Positions 10,057 to 18,842 of a DNA stretch of 32,000 nucleotides are shown here, in pieces. Origin of the DNA: Prochlorococcus marinus subsp. pastoris str. CCMP1986 (GTDB taxonomy: Bacteria; Cyanobacteriota; Cyanobacteriia; PCC-6307; Cyanobiaceae). The position numbers and the translations under genes are program-made. The stretch is from positions 240,001-272,000 of the forward strand of contig NC_005072.1 in assembly GCF_000011465.1 (NCBI RefSeq). Direction: 5' to 3'. Below the pieces are notes generated by a model. That model did not search any database. It saw only the letters and a program-made list of their open reading frames with translations, and was not told the origin of the DNA. Every line of letters starts with the position of its first letter. The stretch's first letter is position 1.

Positions 10057-11637
10057 TCATATTTTGATTAGTGGATTGAATTTATTAACCCCGAATAACT
10101 TGGTTATCGAAAAATAAATAATCAAAAAAGCCAACAATCCTATAACTAATATAAATAGCTCCCAAACGTTCGGATTTAATACATTTATATCCTTGATAAC
10201 TGCATAACAAATTGTGCTTGTAATAGAGCAGGCTAATGAAATAAGAACAAAGTTTTTTAATAAAATAATTTTAGGGATTTTGATTCCATAAGTATTAAAG
10301 TTTGAAGTAAGAAAAATACAAATAATTAAGTTAACTATTCCTGAAGAAAGGATTATACCAATAACACCAAAATTATAAGGAGATAAGTTTCCATAATTAA
10401 TAGTTGGAGCTCCTACTAAAAACCAATCGAAAAAAACATTTAGTATTATTCCAGCGAAAGATAATTGAAAGGGTAACTTTGGTTTCTCAATTGCATAATA
10501 AGCTCTAACTAATAAATCTCTGTAGAGATAAAAGGGAATTCCAGCAGCATAGGCAATTAAAATATTTTTTACTAAAAATACGGCTTCGGAATTAAAAGCA
10601 CCTCTTTGAAAAATAAATTGCACTAATTGATTATTAAATGTGATAAAAAAACCAGTCAAAAAAATAGTTGTTAAAAAACAATATTCTATTCCTGAGATTA
10701 AACTTTTTTCTAAGTTTCTATTCTCTTGCTTACTATTGAATTTTGAAAACTTTGGAAGTAGTGGCAATATCAAAGCGTTTGATAAAACTCCCAGTGGAGC
10801 TTGTATAAGAAAATTACCGTATGCTAATCCCGATGCGGCACCTTGAAAGCTTGAAGCAAAAAACATATCAACAAAAACATTAATTTGCCCTAAACCTGAT
10901 GAAATTGTTGCAGGAGCGATTAATTTGAAGATTCTTTTCTCTTCATTTTTAAATAAATGCCAAGCCGAATTAAATCTAAATAAGCCGATCTTATTGATTT
11001 CCCAGCACTGAATAGCAAATTGTATACAAGTACCTGTTAAGGTCGCTTTGGCCAGTAATCCTGAATAAACCAAATAATTAGAATTTGTATTTTGATGACT
11101 AAAGATCCAACTGGCTGAAATAAATAAAATTGTTGTCAGACTTGTTAAAGCTGGACTTATGCTTGATAAGAAAAATTTATTTCTTGAATTTAAAGCTCCA
11201 AAACTCAACCCTATAAAAGCAGAAAGAGGAATACAAGGAGTTAAGATTTTTAATTGATAAGTTGCGATAGATTTAGCTTCATCACTTAAATTTGGGGCTA
11301 TAAAGTTTATTAGAAAACCTGAATTAAAATATACAACTACTCCTAGAATAAAAAATAACAAAGTCAGTTTAATACTTACTTTTGTTAATACGAGGCCCCC
11401 CTTTCTCCTCTTAAGTGGAGTTAGCACTGCTACAACTGCATTATGTAATGGGCCATTAATTCCACCAATAATAATAAGTAAAAAACCTGGGATTATGTAG
11501 GCGTAGTTATAGGCGTCGTATGTTATTCCAATTCCAAAGGCTGCAGCGATAAATATTTGTCTTATAAAACCCGCAACTTTACTTAGAGATGTGGCAAAAG
11601 AAATTGAAGCTAAATTATTTTTAAAATATGAATGCAT
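10057..11637 (-). CDS. murJ: Lipid II flippase MurJ/MviN
   Basis: A 526-aa polytopic membrane protein with a MurJ-like N-terminus (SLSKVAGFIRQIFIAAAFGIGITYDAYNYAYIIPGFLL). Confidence 0.9.
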   Translation of the reverse strand: MHSYFKNNLASISFATSLSKVAGFIRQIFIAAAFGIGITYDAYNYAYIIPGFLLIIIGGINGPLHNAVVAVLTPLKRRKGGLVLTKVSIKLTLLFFILGVVVYFNSGFLINFIAPNLSDEAKSIATYQLKILTPCIPLSAFIGLSFGALNSRNKFFLSSISPALTSLTTILFISASWIFSHQNTNSNYLVYSGLLAKATLTGTCIQFAIQCWEINKIGLFRFNSAWHLFKNEEKRIFKLIAPATISSGLGQINVFVDMFFASSFQGAASGLAYGNFLIQAPLGVLSNALILPLLPKFSKFNSKQENRNLEKSLISGIEYCFLTTIFLTGFFITFNNQLVQFIFQRGAFNSEAVFLVKNILIAYAAGIPFYLYRDLLVRAYYAIEKPKLPFQLSFAGIILNVFFDWFLVGAPTINYGNLSPYNFGVIGIILSSGIVNLIICIFLTSNFNTYGIKIPKIILLKNFVLISLACSITSTICYAVIKDINVLNPNVWELFILVIGLLAFLIIYFSITKLFGVNKFNPLIKI

Positions 11638-11710
11638 TTGATATTGAGTTAAATCTTTTCAAGAAGATTTAGATTCCATTATATTTTGTTTCTAATCTAG
11701 TTCACACTTT

Positions 11711-12457
11711 ATGAATGATCGAATAATTGAATTTGAACCATTAATTGAAGGTATTTTAATTAAAAGATATAAAAGATTTCTCGCTGATATTCAGATTGAA
11801 AATGGAGAAATAGTTACTGCCCATTGTGCTAATACAGGCCCGATGAAGGGTCTTTTAAACGAAGGAGCTAACGTAAGAATTAGCTTCTCTTCATCAACTA
11901 AAAGAAAGCTACCTTGGACTTGGGAACAAGTAAAAGTAATAGGAAGAGATAACAAAGAGGTATGGGTTGGGATAAATACATTATTTGCAAATAAACTGAT
12001 TAGAAAAGTTATTGAACAAAACCTATTCAAAGATAAACTCGGGGAGATAGCTAAAATCAAGTCTGAAGTACCTTATGGCAAAGATAAAAAAAGTAGAATT
12101 GATTTTCTTTTAACTCCAAAATCTTCAAATCCTGATAATCGTAACATTTATGTTGAGGTTAAAAATACTACTTGGACAAAAAATAATGTAGCTCTTTTCC
12201 CTGATACGGAGACTAAAAGAGGACAAAAACATTTAATAGAATTAAAAGGCTTAATTCCTGAAAGTAAAAGTGTTTTAGTTCCTTGCATTACAAGAAAAGA
12301 TATAGATTATTTTGCCCCTGGAGATGAATCAGATCCATTGTATGGAGAGCTTTTTCGAGAATCAATTAGTGCAGGTATGTTACTAATTCCATGCTGTTTT
12401 GAGTTTCATTCAGATCATGTAGCTTGGAAAGGATTTAAACCCTTAAAATTAAATTAA
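11711..12457 (+). CDS. sfsA: Sugar fermentation stimulation protein homolog (SfsA nuclease-fold family)
   Basis: Contains RYKRFLADI...HCANTGPM near the N-terminus and VEVKNTT...[14 protein letters not shown], both typical of SfsA. Confidence 0.9.
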   Translation: MNDRIIEFEPLIEGILIKRYKRFLADIQIENGEIVTAHCANTGPMKGLLNEGANVRISFSSSTKRKLPWTWEQVKVIGRDNKEVWVGINTLFANKLIRKVIEQNLFKDKLGEIAKIKSEVPYGKDKKSRIDFLLTPKSSNPDNRNIYVEVKNTTWTKNNVALFPDTETKRGQKHLIELKGLIPESKSVLVPCITRKDIDYFAPGDESDPLYGELFRESISAGMLLIPCCFEFHSDHVAWKGFKPLKLN

Positions 12458-12534
12458 TTTTTTGGGATTTTAAGTTGATTTAGAAAAAATACCTCAATTT
12501 AACAAAGATTATTTGGTATACAACAATTAAATTG

Positions 12535-12548
12535 GTATAAACGACTAC
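12535..12548 (+). promoter_or_regulatory. Candidate NtcA binding site (GTA-N8-TAC) upstream of amt1
   Basis: GTATAAACGACTAC is a perfect match to the GTAN8TAC core and lies 84 nt upstream of the amt1 ATG. An imperfect GTA-N8-TTA lies at 12516..12529. I could not place a -10 box at the canonical 22-nt spacing. Confidence 0.45.
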
Positions 12549-12590
12549 TAGACATACATAAGTTTTCTGAGCAAAATTATATATGAAAGG

Positions 12591-12612
12591 AAACAGGACC
12601 TCCTGTTTTTTT
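12591..12612 (+). promoter_or_regulatory. Hairpin plus T-run in the amt1 leader, resembling an intrinsic terminator
   Basis: AAACAGG-ACCT-CCTGTTT forms a 7-bp stem followed by TTTTTT. It ends about 20 nt before the amt1 ATG at 12632. Confidence 0.4.
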
Positions 12613-12631
12613 GCAGACTAATTTTTTATTT

Positions 12632-14092
12632 ATGACCACTGCTTTGCAAACGCCTCAAAGGCGCTCTAGGTCCAAACTTCAAGATGCAAGTCTTGTAAAC
12701 GGACCTATGCTCCTTTTGAGGAGTATTCGTGGGTTCAGTTCAAACCGCTCAATGTTGTGGCTTGCAACTGTCCCTCTAGCTTTGTTTGGTTTAGGTATTT
12801 TTAATCTTTCAGCTCACGCAGCTGATTTACCTGAGTTGAATGCAGCTTTTCTAGCTAACAATTTATGGCTTTTGATCGCTACTATTTTAGTGATCTTCAT
12901 GAACGCCGGTTTCGCTATGGTTGAAGCGGGTATGTGTCGGTCTAAAAACGCCGTCAACATTCTTGCTAAAAACCTTTTCGTATTTGCTTTAGCTGTAACC
13001 TCTTATTGGTTTATTGGCTACTCATTAATGTACGGAGGAAGTGTTGCTGACGGATGGCTATATTTTGGAGGCTTATTTTTTGATCCGACAGTAACAGCCG
13101 ATATGGTTACTGATGCTGGATTAGTTCCAACAGTTGATTTCTTATTCCAGTCTGCTTTTGCAGGTACTGCAGCAACTATCGTTTCTGGTCTTGTTGCTGA
13201 AAGAGTTAAATTTGGTGAATTTGTTGTTTTTGCGATTGTATTAACAGCATTTATTTATCCAATTGCTGGTAGCTGGAAATGGAATGGTGGCTGGCTTGAT
13301 TCTCTTGGTTTCGTTGACTTTGCAGGTTCTTCAATTGTTCACTCAGTTGGAGCATGGGCAGGTTTAGTGGGGGCTATGCTCCTAGGACCAAGAATCGGTA
13401 AATACTCCGATGGAAAGCCACAGGCTATGCCTGGTCACAATATGGCTATTGCTACTTTAGGCGCTTTAATTCTATGGATAGGTTGGTACGGATTTAATCC
13501 TGGTTCTCAACTTGCTATGGATCAATGGGTTCCATATGTTGCTGTAACGACTACTCTTGCAGCTGCAGCTGGTGCTATTGGAGCAACTATTGTTTCTACT
13601 TTAACTTCCGGAAAGCCAGATCTTACTATGATCATTAATGGTATTCTTGCTGGTTTGGTAAGTATTACTGCAGGTTGTGGTGACATGACTCTTGCGGGAG
13701 CTTGGTTCGCTGGACTAGTTGGCGGTATTATCGTTGTATTCTCCGTTGCAGCACTTGATGCAGCTGAAATTGACGATCCTGTTGGTGCATTCTCTGTTCA
13801 CGGAGTTTGTGGTGTATGGGGTACCCTAGTTATTGGTCTTTGGGGAACTGCAGTTCAAGGAGATGGAGCAGGTATGGGATTGTTCAATGGTGGTGGTATT
13901 AATCTACTTCTTGTTCAAGCTCTTGGTGCCGCGGCTTATGCTATCTGGACACTAGTTACTTGCTGGATCGCTTGGTCTATTATCGGAGGTTTATTCGGAG
14001 GAATCCGTGTATCTGAGGAAGAAGAGACTCAAGGTTTAGATATTTCTGAGCATGGTATGGAATCATATCCAGACTTTGCATCTGCTAAATAA
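12632..14092 (+). CDS. amt1: Ammonium transporter (Amt family)
   Basis: Contains DFAGSSIVHSVGAWAGL and the FSVHGVCGVWGT twin-His motifs. It has a long N-terminal signal-like region ending AHA/AD. The ATG at 12632 is preferred over the TTG at 12611 given in the ORF track. Confidence 0.95.
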   Translation: MTTALQTPQRRSRSKLQDASLVNGPMLLLRSIRGFSSNRSMLWLATVPLALFGLGIFNLSAHAADLPELNAAFLANNLWLLIATILVIFMNAGFAMVEAGMCRSKNAVNILAKNLFVFALAVTSYWFIGYSLMYGGSVADGWLYFGGLFFDPTVTADMVTDAGLVPTVDFLFQSAFAGTAATIVSGLVAERVKFGEFVVFAIVLTAFIYPIAGSWKWNGGWLDSLGFVDFAGSSIVHSVGAWAGLVGAMLLGPRIGKYSDGKPQAMPGHNMAIATLGALILWIGWYGFNPGSQLAMDQWVPYVAVTTTLAAAAGAIGATIVSTLTSGKPDLTMIINGILAGLVSITAGCGDMTLAGAWFAGLVGGIIVVFSVAALDAAEIDDPVGAFSVHGVCGVWGTLVIGLWGTAVQGDGAGMGLFNGGGINLLLVQALGAAAYAIWTLVTCWIAWSIIGGLFGGIRVSEEEETQGLDISEHGMESYPDFASAK

Positions 14093-14113
14093 ACTAAATT
14101 TAAGTAAATTCAA

Positions 14114-14145
14114 GAAATCTGACTTATGTCAGGTTTCTTTTTTTT
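14114..14145 (+). terminator. Rho-independent terminator downstream of amt1
   Basis: GAAATCTGAC-TTAT-GTCAGGTTTC forms a 10-bp stem with one G-U pair, followed by eight T residues. Confidence 0.75.
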
Positions 14146-14181
14146 GCAATAAATTATTAAAAATGTTGTAATATCAAAAAT

Positions 14182-15378
14182 ATGGACACTCAAGCTTTTA
14201 GAAGATCTCTTCATCATTCGGACAGATATAACCGAAGAGGTTTTGACTCTCCTACTAAAAGAGCCCAAGCTTTAGAAGAAGCTTACCAAAGTGATTTAAT
14301 TACCTCAATTAGAAATAATAGTTTTACATATAAAAAAGGGAGATTAAATATAAAATTAGCCCAGGCATTTGGTTTTTGTTGGGGAGTTGAAAGAGCTGTT
14401 GCAATGGCCTATGAAACTAGAAGACATTATCCTGATGAGAATATTTGGATAACAAACGAAATAATTCATAATCCCTCAGTTAATGATCATTTAAGAAAAA
14501 TGAATGTTAAATTCATTTCAGCAAAAAATGGCATTAAGGATTTTTCTTTGGTTTCAGATGGAGATGTGGTTATCTTGCCAGCTTTTGGTGCTACTGTTCA
14601 AGAAATGAAACTTCTTCATGAAAAAGGTTGTCATATTATTGATACAACGTGCCCTTGGGTTTCAAAGGTGTGGCATACGGTAGAAAAACATAAAAAACAT
14701 ACTTTTACCTCTATAATCCACGGTAAATTTAAGCATGAAGAAACTCTTGCCACTAGTTCATTTGCGGATAAATATCTTGTAGTGCTTAATCTTGAGGAGG
14801 CAAATTATGTCTCAGAATATATTCTTGGTAGAGGCAATAAAAATCATTTTCTTAATAAATTTGCTCAGGCTTTTTCCAATGGATTTGATCCAGATAAAGA
14901 TTTAGATAGAGTTGGAGTTGCTAATCAAACAACAATGTTAAAAAGCGAAACAGAGGAGATAGGAAAAGTTTTTGAAAAAACGATGCTTCATAAATTTGGT
15001 CCAGAAAAATTAAATAGTCACTTTTTAGCTTTCAATACTATCTGTGATGCTACAGAAGAAAGACAAGATGCGATGTTTTCATTAGTTGATGAAGATTTAG
15101 ATATCCTTGTGGTAATTGGTGGATACAATTCTTCAAATACAACTCACTTGCAAGAGATAGCTATAAATAAAAATATTTCTTCTTTTCATATTGATACACC
15201 TGAAAGGATTTCAGTTAAGGAAAATTCTATTCTCCATAAACCACTTAAATCTGAAATGGTTTTGAAAAAGAATTTTATTCCTGATGGAGAAATTAAAGTA
15301 GGTATTACTTCTGGAGCTTCTACTCCAGATAAGATAGTCGCTGATGTTATTGAAAAGTTAATTGCTATTACTAAGTAA
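14182..15378 (+). CDS. ispH: 4-hydroxy-3-methylbut-2-enyl diphosphate reductase (LytB)
   Basis: Three conserved Cys contexts are present: [18 protein letters not shown] and NTICDAT. SGASTP is found near the C-terminus. Confidence 0.95.
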   Translation: MDTQAFRRSLHHSDRYNRRGFDSPTKRAQALEEAYQSDLITSIRNNSFTYKKGRLNIKLAQAFGFCWGVERAVAMAYETRRHYPDENIWITNEIIHNPSVNDHLRKMNVKFISAKNGIKDFSLVSDGDVVILPAFGATVQEMKLLHEKGCHIIDTTCPWVSKVWHTVEKHKKHTFTSIIHGKFKHEETLATSSFADKYLVVLNLEEANYVSEYILGRGNKNHFLNKFAQAFSNGFDPDKDLDRVGVANQTTMLKSETEEIGKVFEKTMLHKFGPEKLNSHFLAFNTICDATEERQDAMFSLVDEDLDILVVIGGYNSSNTTHLQEIAINKNISSFHIDTPERISVKENSILHKPLKSEMVLKKNFIPDGEIKVGITSGASTPDKIVADVIEKLIAITK

Positions 15379-15472
15379 ATATTAATTTTTCTGCTTAATT
15401 TTTAACTTTATTAAATACATATCACCTAAAGATCTACGTTATTATCTAGAATAATTAAAAATAATTTGAAGA

Positions 15473-16033
15473 ATGGAAGACACAACACAATCTAATCGAG
15501 ATCAAACAGCCAAAATGAATGCTTCAAAGCCTCCTCAAAAGGTGGAAGTTGTTGTAGCTAATCCCTCTACAAGTTCAGAGGTCAATATATTAGGCGAATT
15601 ATCTATATTTATTTTAAGGATCGGTTTTAGTGTTTTGATGATTCATCATGGCTTGGAGAAGCTTCAAGATCCTCAAGGCTTTGGTGAGTTTGTTGTAGGC
15701 AAATATTTCCCATTCTTACCAGGCGACCCTGTCCTTTGGACATATGGAGCAGCTATTACTCAATTAGTATGCCCATTAGGATTAGCATTAGGAGTTTTTG
15801 CAAGACTTAGCTCTCTCGGACTTTTCTCCACGATGGCATTTGCTGTTTATTTTCACCTCTTAGATACTGGCCTAGAAGGGTTCCCATTAGCAGTGGTTGA
15901 GGGTCATAACTATGCTTTTGAGCTTTCTTTCATATACGGGGCTATCTCTCTTTACTTTTTATGTGCCGGACCAGGAAGGTTGGCGCTTCTTCGTAAAACA
16001 AACAAAATCACTTATTATCCAAAAACAAATTGA
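15473..16033 (+). CDS. DoxX-family membrane protein
   Basis: Contains RIGFSVLMIHHGLEKL and four hydrophobic helices typical of DoxX. The start could instead be the internal ATG at 15515 (MNASK). Confidence 0.75.
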   Translation: MEDTTQSNRDQTAKMNASKPPQKVEVVVANPSTSSEVNILGELSIFILRIGFSVLMIHHGLEKLQDPQGFGEFVVGKYFPFLPGDPVLWTYGAAITQLVCPLGLALGVFARLSSLGLFSTMAFAVYFHLLDTGLEGFPLAVVEGHNYAFELSFIYGAISLYFLCAGPGRLALLRKTNKITYYPKTN

Positions 16034-16034
16034 T

Positions 16035-17588
16035 TTAGTGTAGAAAATGTCTCTTGTTTGTAAATACCATAGAAATACCCTTTAAATTGCACATTTCAAT
16101 ACTTTCTTCATCCCTTATACTTCCTCCAGGCTGAATAATTGAGTTTATTCCATATTCATTAGCAAGCTCTACTGTATCTGCGAATGGGAAGAATCCATCG
16201 CTTGCTAAAACCCCTCCGTAACCATTTTCCTTCGCAGCTTGTAAAGCTATTTTTGAAGCTCCAACCCTGTTCATTTGTCCAGCTCCGATGCCAAGAGTTT
16301 GTTGGTCTTTTGCAATAACAATGGCATTTGATTTAATGTGTTTGCAAATTTTCCAGGCAAAACTCAAATCTAAATAGTCCTGAGTACTTGGAAATTTTTT
16401 CGTAACTGTAATCCAACTTTCAGTTTTTTCTTCAATATTATCAGTGTCTTGAACGAGTAATCCTCCCATTATTGATTTAGTTGAAGTTTGGTTCTTATTT
16501 GGGATTTGATCTTTTGAAAACTTTAAAATTCTTAAATTCTTTTTGATTTTTAAAATTTCTAAAGCCTCTGGATCAAAAGATGGAGCTACGACACATTCTA
16601 AAAAAATATCTTTGAGGTTAATTGCGGTTTCACTATCCACATTTGAATTAAAAGCAACTATTCCTCCAAATGCACTAACTGAGTCACATTTCAAAGCGTT
16701 CAAAAATGCTTGAGAGGCTGAATTACCTATAGAAGCACCACAAGGATTATTGTGTTTTAAAATGACAGATGCAAACGTCTCTGTTGTAAGTTCATCTTTT
16801 TCTTCATAGCCAAATTCTAAAACCGTTGAAAGTGCCGACTCAAGATCTAATAGATTGTTATAACTTAACTCTTTCCCTTGTAACTGTTCTGCTGAGTTCC
16901 ATCCAATATTATTTAAACCATACCAAAAAGCTTTTTGATGAGGATTTTCCCCATATCTTAAGGTTTTGATTAGTGGATAAGATTCAATATATTTGGAAGA
17001 TTGTAAACCTCTTTCTTTTCTTATCCAATTAGATATCGCAGTGTCATAGTCAGCTGTATGTTGAAAAGCTTCAAGTGCTAATTTTGCTTTATATGTTTCT
17101 TTTAACTCCCCTTTTTTACTTTCTTCAATAAATTCTTGATATTGACTAGGATCGACTAAAACGGAAACGTCTTTATGATTTTTAGCCGCAGAACGAATCA
17201 TTGATGGTCCTCCGATATCAATATTTTCAATAGCATCTTCCCATTTAGATCCCTTTTCAACAGTTTTCTTAAAAGGATATAAATTGACAACTACTAATTC
17301 AATTAGTTCAAGATCGTAAGCTTCTATATCTTTTTTATGTTCCTCATCTGTTCTTTTAGCTAATATTCCTCCGTGGATTTTCGGATGTAAAGTTTTAACT
17401 CTTCCTCCAAGTATTTCTGGAGAATTAGTAAAATCTGCGACTTTAATAACTGGAATTTTTGCCTCCATTAGATGTTTAGCAGTACCTCCACTTGATAGAA
17501 TTTTATAATTAAATTTTTCTACCAATTCTGTACAAAATGGAATTATATTTTTTTTATCGGAGACACTTACTAGGGCTAATGGTGACAT
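16035..17588 (-). CDS. purH: Bifunctional AICAR transformylase / IMP cyclohydrolase
   Basis: N-terminal MGS-like domain reads ALVSVSDKK...GGTAK...GGRVKTLHPKIHGGIL. The C-terminal AICARFT domain reads KHNNPCG...GAGQMNRV. Confidence 0.97.
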   Translation of the reverse strand: MSPLALVSVSDKKNIIPFCTELVEKFNYKILSSGGTAKHLMEAKIPVIKVADFTNSPEILGGRVKTLHPKIHGGILAKRTDEEHKKDIEAYDLELIELVVVNLYPFKKTVEKGSKWEDAIENIDIGGPSMIRSAAKNHKDVSVLVDPSQYQEFIEESKKGELKETYKAKLALEAFQHTADYDTAISNWIRKERGLQSSKYIESYPLIKTLRYGENPHQKAFWYGLNNIGWNSAEQLQGKELSYNNLLDLESALSTVLEFGYEEKDELTTETFASVILKHNNPCGASIGNSASQAFLNALKCDSVSAFGGIVAFNSNVDSETAINLKDIFLECVVAPSFDPEALEILKIKKNLRILKFSKDQIPNKNQTSTKSIMGGLLVQDTDNIEEKTESWITVTKKFPSTQDYLDLSFAWKICKHIKSNAIVIAKDQQTLGIGAGQMNRVGASKIALQAAKENGYGGVLASDGFFPFADTVELANEYGINSIIQPGGSIRDEESIEMCNLKGISMVFTNKRHFLH

Positions 17589-17621
17589 TATTGAAAAGTT
17601 AACTTACTTAAGAATATAAAC

Positions 17622-18239
17622 ATGAAATATGATATTGATCATGAATTTGTCGGGATTAGTTCTCAAACCGCAACTCATAGAATAATTTTGCTACATGGCT
17701 GGGGAGCTGATGCAGATGACCTTTTAACACTTGGAAAGGAGATTATAGAAAAAATAAATCTTGATTTTGAGGTAATTTCTTTGAGGGCTTCTGGATTACA
17801 TCCAAGTGGTCTGGGAAGACAGTGGTATCAATTATATCCACATGATTGGGAGGGGGCTGAGGTTGAAGTAAATAAACTTTTAGATACATTAAAGAAATTT
17901 GATACTGATCAGATTTCAATAGAAAAAACAATTTTGTTGGGTTTTTCTCAGGGAGCAGCTATGGCAATTGATGCAGGATTTAAATTAAGGTTAGGACTAA
18001 TTGTTGCTTGTAGTGGTTATCCCCACCCAAACTGGGCTCCAGGAGAAAAATGCCCACCACTAATTGTTAGTCATGGTTTATTTGATGAAGTGGTACCTAT
18101 AGATGCTTCAAGAATTATTCATGAAATGGTAAGAAGTAAGTCTTCTAAATTTTGCGAATTAATAGAATTTGATGGATCCCATCAAATTGATTCAGGTTTA
18201 ATTGATTTTATAAGTTCAAATATAAATAATTTTTTTTAA
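17622..18239 (+). CDS. Alpha/beta-hydrolase, phospholipase/carboxylesterase family
   Basis: Has the GFSQGA nucleophile elbow (GxSxG), with downstream HGLFDEVVP and GSHQI as candidate Asp and His of the triad. Confidence 0.85.
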   Translation: MKYDIDHEFVGISSQTATHRIILLHGWGADADDLLTLGKEIIEKINLDFEVISLRASGLHPSGLGRQWYQLYPHDWEGAEVEVNKLLDTLKKFDTDQISIEKTILLGFSQGAAMAIDAGFKLRLGLIVACSGYPHPNWAPGEKCPPLIVSHGLFDEVVPIDASRIIHEMVRSKSSKFCELIEFDGSHQIDSGLIDFISSNINNFF

Positions 18240-18604
18240 ACGAAAGCATATTCGTATTCTTCAATCTCTTCCCAATCATCTGCAGTAAGTTCTAGACCTT
18301 CAAATATTTTTTCTTCACCAATTCCCTCAACTACGACTTTTAGTGATGGAAATAGAAAATGATTTTCTTCAGCATATTGGGCGCTAAATAAACCTTTTTG
18401 ACCCCAAAAAAACCTATCAGTGGTATGTTCATTTCTTCGAACATTGAAAACTGAAGGGGCAGACAAAGCATTTTCAGCTATAAATCTTCTAGCAGCTGTA
18501 ACTGGTTTATGTTTGCCAGTTTCGATATGATAAATAGGTACATGTGCCATTACTCTTTGGCCAGCCAACCTTCTTCTGCTGATTCTTTTTCTCTTTTTTG
18601 ACAT
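18236..18604 (-). CDS. Conserved cyanobacterial hypothetical protein, possibly DUF3155-like, with a basic N-terminus and acidic C-terminus
   Basis: Intact ORF. Start is placed at MSKKRKRISRRRL (ATG at 18604); the track start at 18619 is also possible. No enzymatic motif was recognised. Confidence 0.55.
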   Translation of the reverse strand: MSKKRKRISRRRLAGQRVMAHVPIYHIETGKHKPVTAARRFIAENALSAPSVFNVRRNEHTTDRFFWGQKGLFSAQYAEENHFLFPSLKVVVEGIGEEKIFEGLELTADDWEEIEEYEYAFV

Positions 18605-18842
18605 TGATTGGTACTCCAAGAATTATAAATGAGATTAGTCTTATTTATTTTTACTAATCTTATATCTGTGATTTTGAATTCACTTAAATTACATAGAGGA
18701 CCCATCAACCCCTGATGTAGCTTAAAATATGATTAAATATTCATATTTAAGGCTGGCTAAAGTCAGACCTCTTTATATATCTTAATACTTTTTTCATATT
18801 TTACAAGTCCTTTTTCAGATTTTTTTTTAAATTTCACTAATT

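Noticed and set aside
11650-11671. Palindrome TAAATCTT-N6-AAGATTTA in the murJ/sfsA divergent spacer
   Set aside because: Arms of 8 bp, all but one A/T, are expected by chance in this composition. It matches no known operator consensus.
12458-12631. Glutamine (glnA-type) riboswitch or downstream-peptide motif in the amt1 leader
   Set aside because: I could not find the conserved GGAAGUAGG or GGAAGGAAC-like cores. Only a simple hairpin is present, and it is reported separately.
12611-14092. GC-rich amt1 as a horizontally acquired island
   Set aside because: There are no flanking repeats, tRNA junction, integrase or other mobile signatures. The gene sits in conserved core context. Amino-acid composition and high-expression codon bias explain the shift better.
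14169-14184. TAATAT -10-like hexamer 7 nt before the ispH ATG (possible leaderless mRNA), with a similar TAAAAT before psbN
   Set aside because: -10-like hexamers are abundant by chance in DNA this AT-rich. No matching -35 element was found, and the question cannot be judged without TSS data.
18629-18715. 28-codon plus-strand ORF (MRLVLFIFTNLISVILNSLKLHRGPINP) in the 18620..18842 spacer
   Set aside because: It has no ribosome-binding context and no resemblance to known small photosynthesis or membrane proteins. It overlaps the inverted repeat and is most likely fortuitous.
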